DNA from: an uncultured Bacilli bacterium
GTDB lineage: Bacteria; Bacillota_I; Bacilli_A; RF39; UBA660
Assembly (NCBI GenBank): GCA_947588765.1
Contig: CANPZG010000003.1
Span: forward strand, 2,032 to 66,031
Length of the DNA stretch: 64,000 nt
Reading direction: 5' to 3'
The translations under genes and the position numbers were made by a program. Below are positions 28,778 to 36,760 of the stretch, in pieces (position 1 is the stretch's first letter; every line of letters starts with the position of its first letter). A model generated the notes under the pieces. It did no database searches. It saw only the letters and a list, made by a program, of their open reading frames with translations, and had not been told where the DNA came from.

Positions 28778-29077
28778 TTAACCATTAATCTTTTTAACTA
28801 CTAAACAAGTATATGGTTGACGATGTCCTTGAGTTTTACGATATTTTTTCTTTGGACGATATTTGAAGACTTTTATTTTTTTGTTTTTACCATGTTTTTC
28901 CACTGTACAAACAACACTGGCTCCATTAACATAAGGATTACCAGACTTTCCATCAACAAATAATACCTTATCAAAAGTAATATCTTTTCCAACTTCAGCA
29001 TCTAATAGTTCAACATATATTTTATCATTTTCAGATACATAATATTGTTTTCCACCTGTTTCAAATATAGCTTTCAT
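28778..29077 (-). CDS. rplU: 50S ribosomal protein L21
   Basis: The pattern [13 protein letters not shown] and the C-terminal KYR.KK.YR...GHRQ.YT.L are typical of L21. Confidence 0.95.
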   Translation of the reverse strand: MKAIFETGGKQYYVSENDKIYVELLDAEVGKDITFDKVLFVDGKSGNPYVNGASVVCTVEKHGKNKKIKVFKYRPKKKYRKTQGHRQPYTCLVVKKING

Positions 29078-29201
29078 TTCATACCTCCTAACTAAGACGC
29101 GCCGTTAAGGTAACGTAATGTTTTTAAAACCTTTTTCGAGCGGTTTTTTTCGAAATTACTTAAAACTATTTAAGTTTATCAAAAATATTAGGCTTTGTCA
29201 A
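29078..29201 (-). promoter_or_regulatory. rplU operon promoter (TTGACA-17-TAAACT) plus a ~88-nt structured leader, possibly an L21-leader-type element
   Basis: Minus strand: TTGACA at 29201-29196 and TAAACT at 29178-29173. The leader contains the hairpin AAAACC..GGUUUU. The identity with the known L21 leader was not verified. Confidence 0.4.
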
Positions 29202-29280
29202 TTGCTTTTAAGTAATTTTTGCCTAATATACCTTATATTTTATTTTTTAATTAAAGATAAAATTACTAATTAAATTAAAA

Positions 29281-29308
29281 TAAAAAAGATTGAAAATTTC
29301 AATCCCTT
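29281..29308 (-). terminator. intrinsic terminator ending the 3 x 38-nt repeat RNA
   Basis: Minus strand: GGGAUUGAAAUUUUCAAUC followed by UUUUUUAUUUU. Confidence 0.65.
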
Positions 29309-29310
29309 TT

Positions 29311-29426
29311 AAACCTATTTTTAACTGGAATAGTAAAACCGCTTTATACACCCATTTTTTAACTAGTTTGGTAAAACTTCTTTATAAATCCATTTATTTA
29401 CTGGTTTGGTAAAACCGCTTTTAAAC
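29311..29426 (-). ncRNA. small RNA made of 3 tandem 38-nt direct repeats (ToxI-like architecture, no adjacent recognisable toxin)
   Basis: The landmarks TTAACTGG (29321), TTAACTAG (29359) and TTTACTGG (29397) give a 38-nt period. The array lies between its own promoter and terminator. The hairpin GGTTT-GGTA-AAACC (29403-29416) is kept as AGTTT-GGTA-AAACT (29365-29378) by a compensatory change. Confidence 0.55.
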
Positions 29427-29432
29427 AACTTA

Positions 29433-29461
29433 ATTTTATATAAATTTATATCCTCTGTCAA
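29433..29461 (-). promoter_or_regulatory. promoter TTGACA-17-TAAAAT for the repeat RNA
   Basis: Minus strand: TTGACA at 29461-29456 and TAAAAT at 29438-29433. The -35 lies 11 nt downstream of the stop of the 29473-30381 gene. Confidence 0.6.
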
Positions 29462-29472
29462 GCAAAATATAA

Positions 29473-30381
29473 TTATTTTTTTAAAGTTAAAGTTAGCCCT
29501 TCTTTAGAATCTAAAAATTTCTTTATATTATCCATATTATTTTGAAATATTACTTTACTCTGCTCTCCAGTTAAAAAATGTGTTAATCCAAAATAATCTA
29601 AATCATTTAACTCGGGCATACAAACTGCTACTAAACGTGAAAATAAACCATTTGTTAAGTAATCCAATTCGAGAAAATGAACATCATAACCAACATCAAT
29701 GCCTTTGATATAAAGCCACATATCATGAAATATATTTTTAGTAGTAACATCGTGATTTCTAATAGAATAATCTTTGCCATTTTTGTATTCCTTAACTAAA
29801 ATAGTTTGCATTTTTTTATTTTCTATGGTAACAGTAGCTTTAGTTTGACAATTCTCATTTATATTTTCTGTTAAATGGTCAAATTCTATTTTTTCATCAT
29901 CTTGGCTTAAAGTATAATAATCTCTAATGTGTTTATACTTAGTTCTATCAATTCTTTCTAAAATAAGTTTATTTTGATTTGGTATAATTAACTCTATTTT
30001 TTTTTGACTATCACTTATTACTTGCAATTTGGCACTAGCATAACATAATCCTTTAAGAGGATAACAAATTGTAAATACTAAATTATATTCATAATTACCT
30101 TTCAAAAATTTATAATTATCTTTAAAAAGATGACAATTTATAACATCATCTTCTCCATGATTATTTAATTTATAATTAGCATTAAATTTAAAGCCATCGT
30201 ATTCGCCATTAAAATTAATATAGTTAGAAGTAATATAAGCATAACCTACTTCTTTTTCATCTTTATAAATCTTACCAATATTTATCCATTTGTTGCATTC
30301 TTTATTAACATCTAATTTTAAACCTAAAGTATTTAAAAATATTATACCCGGTCTTATTCTTTCTTCATAATTTACATTCAT
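29473..30381 (-). CDS. hypothetical protein (302 aa), paralog of the 30384-31271 gene
   Basis: Shares the N-terminal motif IIFLNTLGLKLD (versus ITFLNSLGLTLD), a similar length and an overall similar layout. No known domain was recognised. Confidence 0.75.
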   Translation of the reverse strand: MNVNYEERIRPGIIFLNTLGLKLDVNKECNKWINIGKIYKDEKEVGYAYITSNYINFNGEYDGFKFNANYKLNNHGEDDVINCHLFKDNYKFLKGNYEYNLVFTICYPLKGLCYASAKLQVISDSQKKIELIIPNQNKLILERIDRTKYKHIRDYYTLSQDDEKIEFDHLTENINENCQTKATVTIENKKMQTILVKEYKNGKDYSIRNHDVTTKNIFHDMWLYIKGIDVGYDVHFLELDYLTNGLFSRLVAVCMPELNDLDYFGLTHFLTGEQSKVIFQNNMDNIKKFLDSKEGLTLTLKK

Positions 30382-30383
30382 AA

Positions 30384-31271
30384 TTAATTTTTCCTTTCTC
30401 TAATCAAAGTTTTAATTTCATCTTGACAAATAATATCTTCCATTGAGAACCCAAATAAAGTTTCTAAATCATTTTTTTCATAATCTGGTAACGCTAAAGA
30501 TAAAATTTTAGGTAACCAGCCGCTCATTCCCAATTCAATATTTTTTAATATATCGTAATATCTAGGATTAAACTTAATCATTATATCTACTACTTGGTTT
30601 ATTATATTTTCTTCTTCCTCTTCTTCTTTATAAATGACTTTATCGAAAGCGCTACTAGCAATTGTTACTTCTTGCGTACCTCTTCTATCTATAAGTAATG
30701 TTCCATCATATTTTGTATAGTAATCATCTACTACTATTTGTTCTTTTATTTCTTGCATTCCTTTAAAATAATAAGAATAAGTTAAATACGGATTATTCCT
30801 TATATTTAAAGGAGCTATAAGTAATTTTTCCTTTTCCCCATTATTATTAACTTTTTCATAACTAAAATCTTTATCCTTACCTACTACTAAATGCCAACTA
30901 TCACCAATTAAATTATCAAATTTAGCATCTAATACAATATGATCTTCAGCAAACGTAAATGTTCCTTTTAAAATACTTTCACCTAATTTAAGCATGCGAT
31001 AACTTAGACTTTCAAAATTATCTTTACCATAGGTAGCCTTAATTTCTAAACCATTATCTTTAGCAAATACTTGAATATAATCTTTATCATCAATGGCTAA
31101 ATTACCGGCAATAAAGCCATACTTATTATAGATTTTTATCATATCTAAATTATTTAATAAATTTCTTTTTTTATTATCTAAACTATCTAAGGTTAACCCT
31201 AAGCTATTTAAAAAAGTTATTGCTAGTGTTAATTTTTCTTCTAAAGTTTTTGTTTCCATATTTGTTTCCAT
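30384..31271 (-). CDS. hypothetical protein (295 aa), paralog of the 29473-30381 gene
   Basis: See its partner. The two genes are tandem with a 2-nt gap, and this one has an acidic EEEEEE stretch. Confidence 0.75.
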   Translation of the reverse strand: METNMETKTLEEKLTLAITFLNSLGLTLDSLDNKKRNLLNNLDMIKIYNKYGFIAGNLAIDDKDYIQVFAKDNGLEIKATYGKDNFESLSYRMLKLGESILKGTFTFAEDHIVLDAKFDNLIGDSWHLVVGKDKDFSYEKVNNNGEKEKLLIAPLNIRNNPYLTYSYYFKGMQEIKEQIVVDDYYTKYDGTLLIDRRGTQEVTIASSAFDKVIYKEEEEEENIINQVVDIMIKFNPRYYDILKNIELGMSGWLPKILSLALPDYEKNDLETLFGFSMEDIICQDEIKTLIRERKN

Positions 31272-31294
31272 AAACCCTCCAACTATTAAATTAA

Positions 31295-32068
31295 TTATAG
31301 TTTATTGCTTATATCTTTGTCAAATCTTTCTTGTAATTTTTGTTTTTCACTGATGGCCTTTTTTCCTTCAATAAAATATTGATACGTATCTTTTTTTAAA
31401 ATATCAATAGTTCCTTTATTACTTTTAATATTTTTAAAAGCATAATTTTTTAAATATCGTTCCAATAAAAATCGATTATAAATATATTTATAATTTTTAA
31501 TATAATCAATTGTTTTAATAATTAATAAACTGCATATTAAATAATTATTTAGTGATTTACTAATATCTATTATTAAAAATAAAATTATGCCTATACAAGA
31601 AATAACAATCTGCCAAATGTAAGAAATTTTAAACGAAAAAAATTTATTAATTAAAGCATTAACAATAATACTTCCATCCAAAGGAATAATGGGTAACATA
31701 TTAAAAAATATTATCGCGGTATTATATTTAAAAATTAATTCTTTAGTTATATCCCTAAAAATAGGTATAAATAAAAGAAGATATAAAACTAATTGAAAAA
31801 ATATGCCCCCGAAAGCAATAATTAATTCCCTATTAATAGGAGTATTAAGATCTTTATTAATTATTGTTACTCCTCCGAAAGGATAAATGGTTATTTTTTC
31901 TATTTTGTAACCTAAAATAAATGAGAAAAAAACATGCCCTAATTCATGAATTAAGACAATACTAAAAATAATTAAAGCCGATTTTATTAAGCCACAAAAA
32001 AAGAAAAGTAGTAAAAAGTAAATGGTGAAAGCATTAATTTTGATAATCTTCATATTTAATAAATTCAT
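31295..32068 (-). CDS. M50 site-2 metalloprotease (SpoIVFB-like)
   Basis: Polytopic protein with HELGHVF (HExxH) and NMLPIIPLDGS (NxxPxxxLDG). Confidence 0.8.
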   Translation of the reverse strand: MNLLNMKIIKINAFTIYFLLLFFFCGLIKSALIIFSIVLIHELGHVFFSFILGYKIEKITIYPFGGVTIINKDLNTPINRELIIAFGGIFFQLVLYLLLFIPIFRDITKELIFKYNTAIIFFNMLPIIPLDGSIIVNALINKFFSFKISYIWQIVISCIGIILFLIIDISKSLNNYLICSLLIIKTIDYIKNYKYIYNRFLLERYLKNYAFKNIKSNKGTIDILKKDTYQYFIEGKKAISEKQKLQERFDKDISNKL

Positions 32069-32663
32069 TATCTTTTTTGATAACTAAATATAAAGTGTCA
32101 TCTATTGTTTCTCCAATAGTTGTTTCCTTTTCAATATAATCATATAACTTGACAGAAATGTTTTGTAAGTTACCATACCAGATATCGGCTCCATCATTCC
32201 CTTGAATAATTACTGTATTACCATAGCCTTCTTTATCACCTATGAAAACAACAATTCCCCCATTTAAATTACTTACTAAAGAATTATTATTAACTGTTAG
32301 TTTTTCGCCATCTAAATAATCTGTAATTTCTTTATAAATTAACTTTCCACTGAAAACTGTTTTTTCTTGATTACTGTTTGGTATGACTTCGCCAAATAAA
32401 TCTTCATAAGCATTTTTAATTTTTGTAAATGGTAAAGATTCACTAAAAACATATTCTTTATATAACAATAAATTTTGATTACTTGATTTTATATAGATTA
32501 GGCTTCCTAAAAAGACAATAATAGCTACTAGTATCTTGGTTATAAAAATACTTTTCTTGGATGTATTCTTCTTTAATTTAATTTTTAAAGTTCCAGTATT
32601 TCTTCTTTTTTTCTTAAAACTTTCAAGACAAGCACTAACATCATCCATATCAAAATCACCCAA
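32034..32663 (-). CDS. membrane-anchored degenerate M23/LytM-domain protein (SpoIVFA-like position)
   Basis: TM helix plus a C-terminal GGIVVFIGDKEGYGNTVIIQGNDGADIWYGNL. This looks like a LytM fold without the usual His ligands. Synteny with spoIVFA-spoIVFB supports the call. Confidence 0.5.
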   Translation of the reverse strand: MGDFDMDDVSACLESFKKKRRNTGTLKIKLKKNTSKKSIFITKILVAIIVFLGSLIYIKSSNQNLLLYKEYVFSESLPFTKIKNAYEDLFGEVIPNSNQEKTVFSGKLIYKEITDYLDGEKLTVNNNSLVSNLNGGIVVFIGDKEGYGNTVIIQGNDGADIWYGNLQNISVKLYDYIEKETTIGETIDDTLYLVIKKDNEFIKYEDYQN

Positions 32664-33045
32664 TTAAGTCTATGCTTGTCTTCCTAAATTTATAACTGAT
32701 AAGTATACCAACACTATTTATTAATATAATAAATAAAAGATAATTTAAACTTATATATTTAAATGATAAATTCATTACTAAATAATAAATAAGCATAATT
32801 ATTAAATTAAAACTATAATAAATTAAAAAATTATTTAAATTTATTTTGAGATAATATTTTCTTAATAAGTAAATACTGGTTAAAAATATCGTATTTAAAA
32901 ATAAAGTATGTAAAACTAATAAATCTAAAAATAAGCCAACTACCAATACTTTTAAATAATCACGGGTATTTAAATTAAGAATAAAAAATAAACTTGGTAA
33001 GGCTGTGTAATTATAAATTAAAATATCAATTAAAAGAAATATCAT
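32656..33045 (-). CDS. mreD: rod shape-determining protein MreD
   Basis: Small polytopic protein immediately after mreC, with an ATGA overlap. Confidence 0.6.
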   Translation of the reverse strand: MIFLLIDILIYNYTALPSLFFILNLNTRDYLKVLVVGLFLDLLVLHTLFLNTIFLTSIYLLRKYYLKINLNNFLIYYSFNLIIMLIYYLVMNLSFKYISLNYLLFIILINSVGILISYKFRKTSIDLIG

Positions 33046-33692
33046 TTGGCACCTACAACATAGACATAATTGATTTTGTTAAAATTAACAGTAGGACTAA
33101 TCGTAATAATTTTCTCAATTCCTAGATTATCAGTCGTAATTTCGCTTACAGTACCAATTAAAATATTACCAATTAAATGGCCTATACCCGAAGTATATAC
33201 TTTATCACCAACCTCAACATTTTCATAATTAGTAATATTACTTACGATTAATTTACCATCATTTGTTTTTAATACCCCAAATGATTCATTTATTTTTACC
33301 GAAATATTAGTTTCTTTGTTAGTTATAAGACGAACTATCGAACTATTTTCTTCCGTTTTAGTAATTATGCCTATTAATCCTTCATTATTAAAAACAGCAT
33401 TTTTTTCTTTTAAATTATCCTTAGATCCTTTATAAATAGTTATCTCATCTAAAAAATTATAAACATTACGATATTTTACTTTAGAAATAGTACATTCATT
33501 ATTTATTTTTTCTAAATTAATTTCCGTATGAATATTATTTAATTCTTCTTTTAAATTATCATTTTCTAGATTACTTACTATTTCAGCTTTTAAGATGCTA
33601 TCACTATTTATCACTAAAGCATCAAGATTATTACGAAAAATATACACTATTAAAACAATAATTATTAAAATTATATTAACTTTTCTTTTCAT
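33042..33692 (-). CDS. mreC: rod shape-determining protein MreC
   Basis: N-terminal TM helix and coiled coil, then GLIGIITK...SIVRLI and GDKVYTSGIG..IGNILIGTV motifs. Confidence 0.8.
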   Translation of the reverse strand: MKRKVNIILIIIVLIVYIFRNNLDALVINSDSILKAEIVSNLENDNLKEELNNIHTEINLEKINNECTISKVKYRNVYNFLDEITIYKGSKDNLKEKNAVFNNEGLIGIITKTEENSSIVRLITNKETNISVKINESFGVLKTNDGKLIVSNITNYENVEVGDKVYTSGIGHLIGNILIGTVSEITTDNLGIEKIITISPTVNFNKINYVYVVGAK

Positions 33693-33701
33693 AATAAATT
33701 A

Positions 33702-34148
33702 TTATGCTCCATAATAATTTAAAAATGTATCTAAAGAACTTTGACATACTTTATTAATAACATCATCTTCATTTGTTTTATTAAGTAATTGTTCATAATT
33801 ACTTAAATCATTAGCCATCATTTTAGTATCTTTTATTTTTTTAACAAAATATTCGATTTCCTTTTTATCATAATATTTTATTAATTTATCTTTATTTTCT
33901 TCCGTAGTAGTTAGGCAAGTAAAAACTCGGTAATATTCATCATTATGATAAATTATTTTACTAGCTAAATTATTAGCTAAATCCGTAGCATTAACTTCAT
34001 TTTTAAAAACACCAACTTGAAATAAATATAATTCATTATTCGAATTAGTTAGTGCACTTACTTCACTTTTAATATCGCGATAAAAAAGATAAGCAAACAA
34101 ACTCCCAATTAATACTGCTCCTACTGCTAATTTTAAATATGTTTTCAT
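33702..34148 (-). CDS. membrane-anchored protein with a possible SPOR-like domain
   Basis: TM helix followed by LYLFQVGVFKNEVNATDLANNL....YYRVFTC, which resembles a SPOR beta-alpha-beta pattern. The call is tentative. Confidence 0.6.
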   Translation of the reverse strand: MKTYLKLAVGAVLIGSLFAYLFYRDIKSEVSALTNSNNELYLFQVGVFKNEVNATDLANNLASKIIYHNDEYYRVFTCLTTTEENKDKLIKYYDKKEIEYFVKKIKDTKMMANDLSNYEQLLNKTNEDDVINKVCQSSLDTFLNYYGA

Positions 34149-34223
34149 AGTATCACCAACTATGTTATACCATATAACTTAAGAAAAAATTGTCGAATTA
34201 GGAAGATAAATTAAATTTTTTAA

Positions 34224-34252
34224 TAAAAAAAGTATTAATATAAAATTAATAC
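34224..34252 (-). terminator. intrinsic terminator ending the 35-nt repeat RNA
   Basis: Minus strand: GUAUUAAU-UUUAU-AUUAAUAC followed by UUUUUUUA. Confidence 0.6.
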
Positions 34253-34257
34253 CTAAC

Positions 34258-34336
34258 CTTTTAATCTTCCCTTTTGACGGTTGGGGTTCCCTCTTTTAAT
34301 TTTCCCTGTTAACGGTCGGGGGTTACTTCTGTTAAT
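34258..34336 (-). ncRNA. small RNA with about 2.3 tandem 35-36-nt repeats
   Basis: Plus strand: CTTTTAAT at 34258 and 34293, and CTGTTAAT at 34329. Each unit has a CCC..GACGGTTGGGG-type block. The array is flanked by its own promoter and terminator. Confidence 0.5.
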
Positions 34337-34346
34337 ACAATTTAAT

Positions 34347-34375
34347 ATTTTACAATAAGTAAACATTAATGTCAA
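34347..34375 (-). promoter_or_regulatory. promoter TTGACA-17-TAAAAT for the 35-nt repeat RNA
   Basis: Minus strand: TTGACA at 34375-34370 and TAAAAT at 34352-34347. The -35 starts 1 nt after the stop codon of the small ORF upstream. Confidence 0.6.
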
Positions 34376-34376
34376 T

Positions 34377-34538
34377 TTATTTATCCATTTTTTTCATCAT
34401 TTTATTAGCTTCATCAGCAGCATTATTTAATATTTTATTTACTTTTTCTTGTTTTTTCTTATCCATCATCATATATGCTGCACCACCCATCATTGCTACT
34501 ACGGCCATACCAGCCATTACTTCCATTGCTTTTTTCAA
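34377..34538 (-). CDS. 53-aa small membrane protein ((M)KKAMEVMAGMAVVAMMGGAAYMMMDKKKQEKVNKILNNAADEANKMMKKMDK)
   Basis: AGAGGTG lies 9 nt before a TTG start. The protein has a Met/Gly/Ala-rich helix and a charged tail. It is shorter than any ORF listed in the track. Confidence 0.4.
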   Translation of the reverse strand: MKKAMEVMAGMAVVAMMGGAAYMMMDKKKQEKVNKILNNAADEANKMMKKMDK

Positions 34539-34582
34539 TTTTCTAAACACCTCTAAAAATAGTATGGATTTTATTTTTAGAT

Positions 34583-36760
34583 TTATACATTATAAACTTG
34601 CAGTAATTTTTCTTTTAAACTAGTCTTGCGATTATTAGCATAGTTATTTTTAACGGCATTAACAAATGATTGAACTTCCCCAACCATCGTTAATGATTTT
34701 TTAGCTCTAGATACTCCCGTATAAACCAATTTATTATAAAGCATTTTGTAATAATTATGACAAACTGGGAAGATAACATGGTCAAATTCACTACCTTGAC
34801 TCTTATGAATGGTTATTGCATAGGCATGTTTTATTTGTTTTAAATCTTTCTTTTCATAAACAACAACATTACCATCAAAATTAATTTTTATTTTATTAGC
34901 CACGATACTTTCAATATAACCAATATCACCATTAAAAACATTATGGTCTAGGTCATTAACTAATTGTAATACTTTATCATTTTCCCGATAGATAACATCG
35001 CCATAAATAATTTCGGCTTTACTTCTTTTACTAGGGTTATATATATTTTGTAAAATTACATTTAAATTATCTATGCCATTTTCACCCTTATACATTGGCA
35101 CTAATACTTGCATACTTTTTTCATCGATATTCTTTTTGCGACTTATTTGGATAATTTCTTCGATTGTTTTCTTGATATCACTCGCTGGAGTTTGAAAGAA
35201 AGCAAAGTCATCCTTTTTCGTTAAAAAGTCTTCACTTAAATCAACATTTTTTATTTCTTTAGCTAGATATGGAATATAAGAGTTAGAACTTTGGCGATAA
35301 ATTATATTTAAAGGAGCATAATTAAATAAATCACTACTTATTAAATCATTTAAAACATAGCCAGGACCAACACTAGGGAGTTGGAAAGTATCGCCCACTA
35401 AAATTAATTTTACATTAATATTAATCCCACTTAATAAAGCATAAAATAAACTAACATCAATCATAGATACTTCATCAACTATAATTAATTTATGCGGAGT
35501 TTTATTTTCTTCATTATAGAAAAAATTATTTCGATCTTTATTCCATTTTAAATAACGGTGAATAGTATATGCTGGTAAATTAGTCGACATCGCCATCTTT
35601 TTACTAGCTCTACCTGTTGGAGCTAAAAGAGCAATAGTTTCCATAATATCATAAGGGGACAAGCGATATTCTTCTTTATATAAAGCCACAATCGCATTAA
35701 TAATTGTTGTTTTCCCAGTTCCTGGACCTCCAGAAATAATAGTAACATTATTATTTAAAGCACTAATAATAGCATTTTTTTGATCATCATTATAAGTAAT
35801 ACCTAATCGTTTTTCTAAATTAGCAAGTTTTTCTTCCAACGCAGAAATTTTAGTTAAAGGCATACTATCAATTATTTTTAAATTACGAGCTATATTACTT
35901 TCCGCTTCATAATATTTTTTTAAATAATATCTTTTATTTTCTTGAATAACTTTTCCTTGGTCCACTAAATTAGCTAATTTTTCTTCTAAAATTTCTTCTT
36001 CTAAATAAATATTAAATTCTTTTTGTAAATAAATAATTATTTCCTCCGTGAAAGAATAGGTATCTCCTAAAGAAGAAGTTAAAAGCTCCATGGCCTCAAT
36101 TATGCAAGCATCAGTTCTAATATCATTATCACCATAGTTTTGCATGTATATGCTATCAACTCTTTTAAAATCAATTAATTCTTTGATATCATAAAAATCT
36201 TCATTTTTTATTTCTAATATTCTGTCTTTAAATCGATTATATATTTTGGAACATTCTTCAATAGTAAATCCTAGATTTTGGAATTCTAAAATAATATCAC
36301 TACTTTTAGAAAAATTAATTAAGGAGTTATATATTTTTTCGGCTTTAGACTCACTCATACCTTCAATACATAATAAATTATCTTTACTTTCTTTTATTTT
36401 ATCTAAAGTCTCTTCCCCATAATAATCAACTATCTTCTTAGCCGTTTTTTCGCCACAAGAAGCAATAAAATTACTAGCTAAGAATTCAATAATAGCTTCT
36501 TTTGTTGTCGGTTTATCAATTTCAAAACGGGTAAAACGATATTGTTTACCAAACTTTTCATTATTGACAAATTCCCCATATAAAATAATATTTAAATCAA
36601 TTTTAACTTCGGTTAAATTACCAGTTACGGTTATGGTTTTATTTAAATACTCTTTTGCTTCTTCATCATTAGTGTCTTTAACACGAAAAAGAGCAACAAC
36701 ATAACCATTGTCTTCATTATAGTAGATAGTATTGCGAATTTTTCCTTTTATATAGTTCAT
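34583..36760 (-). CDS. recD2: ATP-dependent RecD-like DNA helicase (RecD2/YrrC type)
   Basis: SF1 helicase motifs (ISGGPGTGKTT, LIIVDEVSMID, VGDTFQLPSVGPG, TIHKSQGSEF, YTGVSRAK) and an N-terminal HhH region. Confidence 0.9.
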   Translation of the reverse strand: MNYIKGKIRNTIYYNEDNGYVVALFRVKDTNDEEAKEYLNKTITVTGNLTEVKIDLNIILYGEFVNNEKFGKQYRFTRFEIDKPTTKEAIIEFLASNFIASCGEKTAKKIVDYYGEETLDKIKESKDNLLCIEGMSESKAEKIYNSLINFSKSSDIILEFQNLGFTIEECSKIYNRFKDRILEIKNEDFYDIKELIDFKRVDSIYMQNYGDNDIRTDACIIEAMELLTSSLGDTYSFTEEIIIYLQKEFNIYLEEEILEEKLANLVDQGKVIQENKRYYLKKYYEAESNIARNLKIIDSMPLTKISALEEKLANLEKRLGITYNDDQKNAIISALNNNVTIISGGPGTGKTTIINAIVALYKEEYRLSPYDIMETIALLAPTGRASKKMAMSTNLPAYTIHRYLKWNKDRNNFFYNEENKTPHKLIIVDEVSMIDVSLFYALLSGININVKLILVGDTFQLPSVGPGYVLNDLISSDLFNYAPLNIIYRQSSNSYIPYLAKEIKNVDLSEDFLTKKDDFAFFQTPASDIKKTIEEIIQISRKKNIDEKSMQVLVPMYKGENGIDNLNVILQNIYNPSKRSKAEIIYGDVIYRENDKVLQLVNDLDHNVFNGDIGYIESIVANKIKINFDGNVVVYEKKDLKQIKHAYAITIHKSQGSEFDHVIFPVCHNYYKMLYNKLVYTGVSRAKKSLTMVGEVQSFVNAVKNNYANNRKTSLKEKLLQVYNV

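Noticed and set aside
25622-31271. The lineage-specific insertions as mobile genetic elements or prophage remnants
   Set aside because: No integrase, transposase, recombinase, terminal inverted repeats or tRNA attachment sites were found. Codon and AT composition look the same as the flanking genes.
18701-34336. The tandem repeats at 18.7, 29.3 and 34.3 kb considered as CRISPR arrays
   Set aside because: The units are contiguous with no spacers and there are only 2-3 per locus. No cas genes are in the window, and each array is framed by a promoter and a terminator like a small RNA gene.
34258-34336. The 35-nt repeat RNA as a CsrA/RsmA-titrating sponge, because of its AGGGAA motifs
   Set aside because: It has only about three GGA motifs, and they are not obviously presented in hairpin loops. 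No csrA or fliW context is present, so there is not enough support.
29078-34380. tRNA or other classical RNA genes in the larger intergenic gaps (3577-3999, 29078-29472, 34149-34582)
   Set aside because: No cloverleaf-compatible segments, no conserved T-loop GTTCGAATC-type boxes and no rRNA-like stretches were seen by eye.
34369-34623. Plus-strand 84-aa ORF in the recD2 to mre intergenic region
   Set aside because: It is antisense to the SD-preceded 53-aa minus-strand ORF and to the recD2 3' end. It also runs against the promoter orientation seen here.
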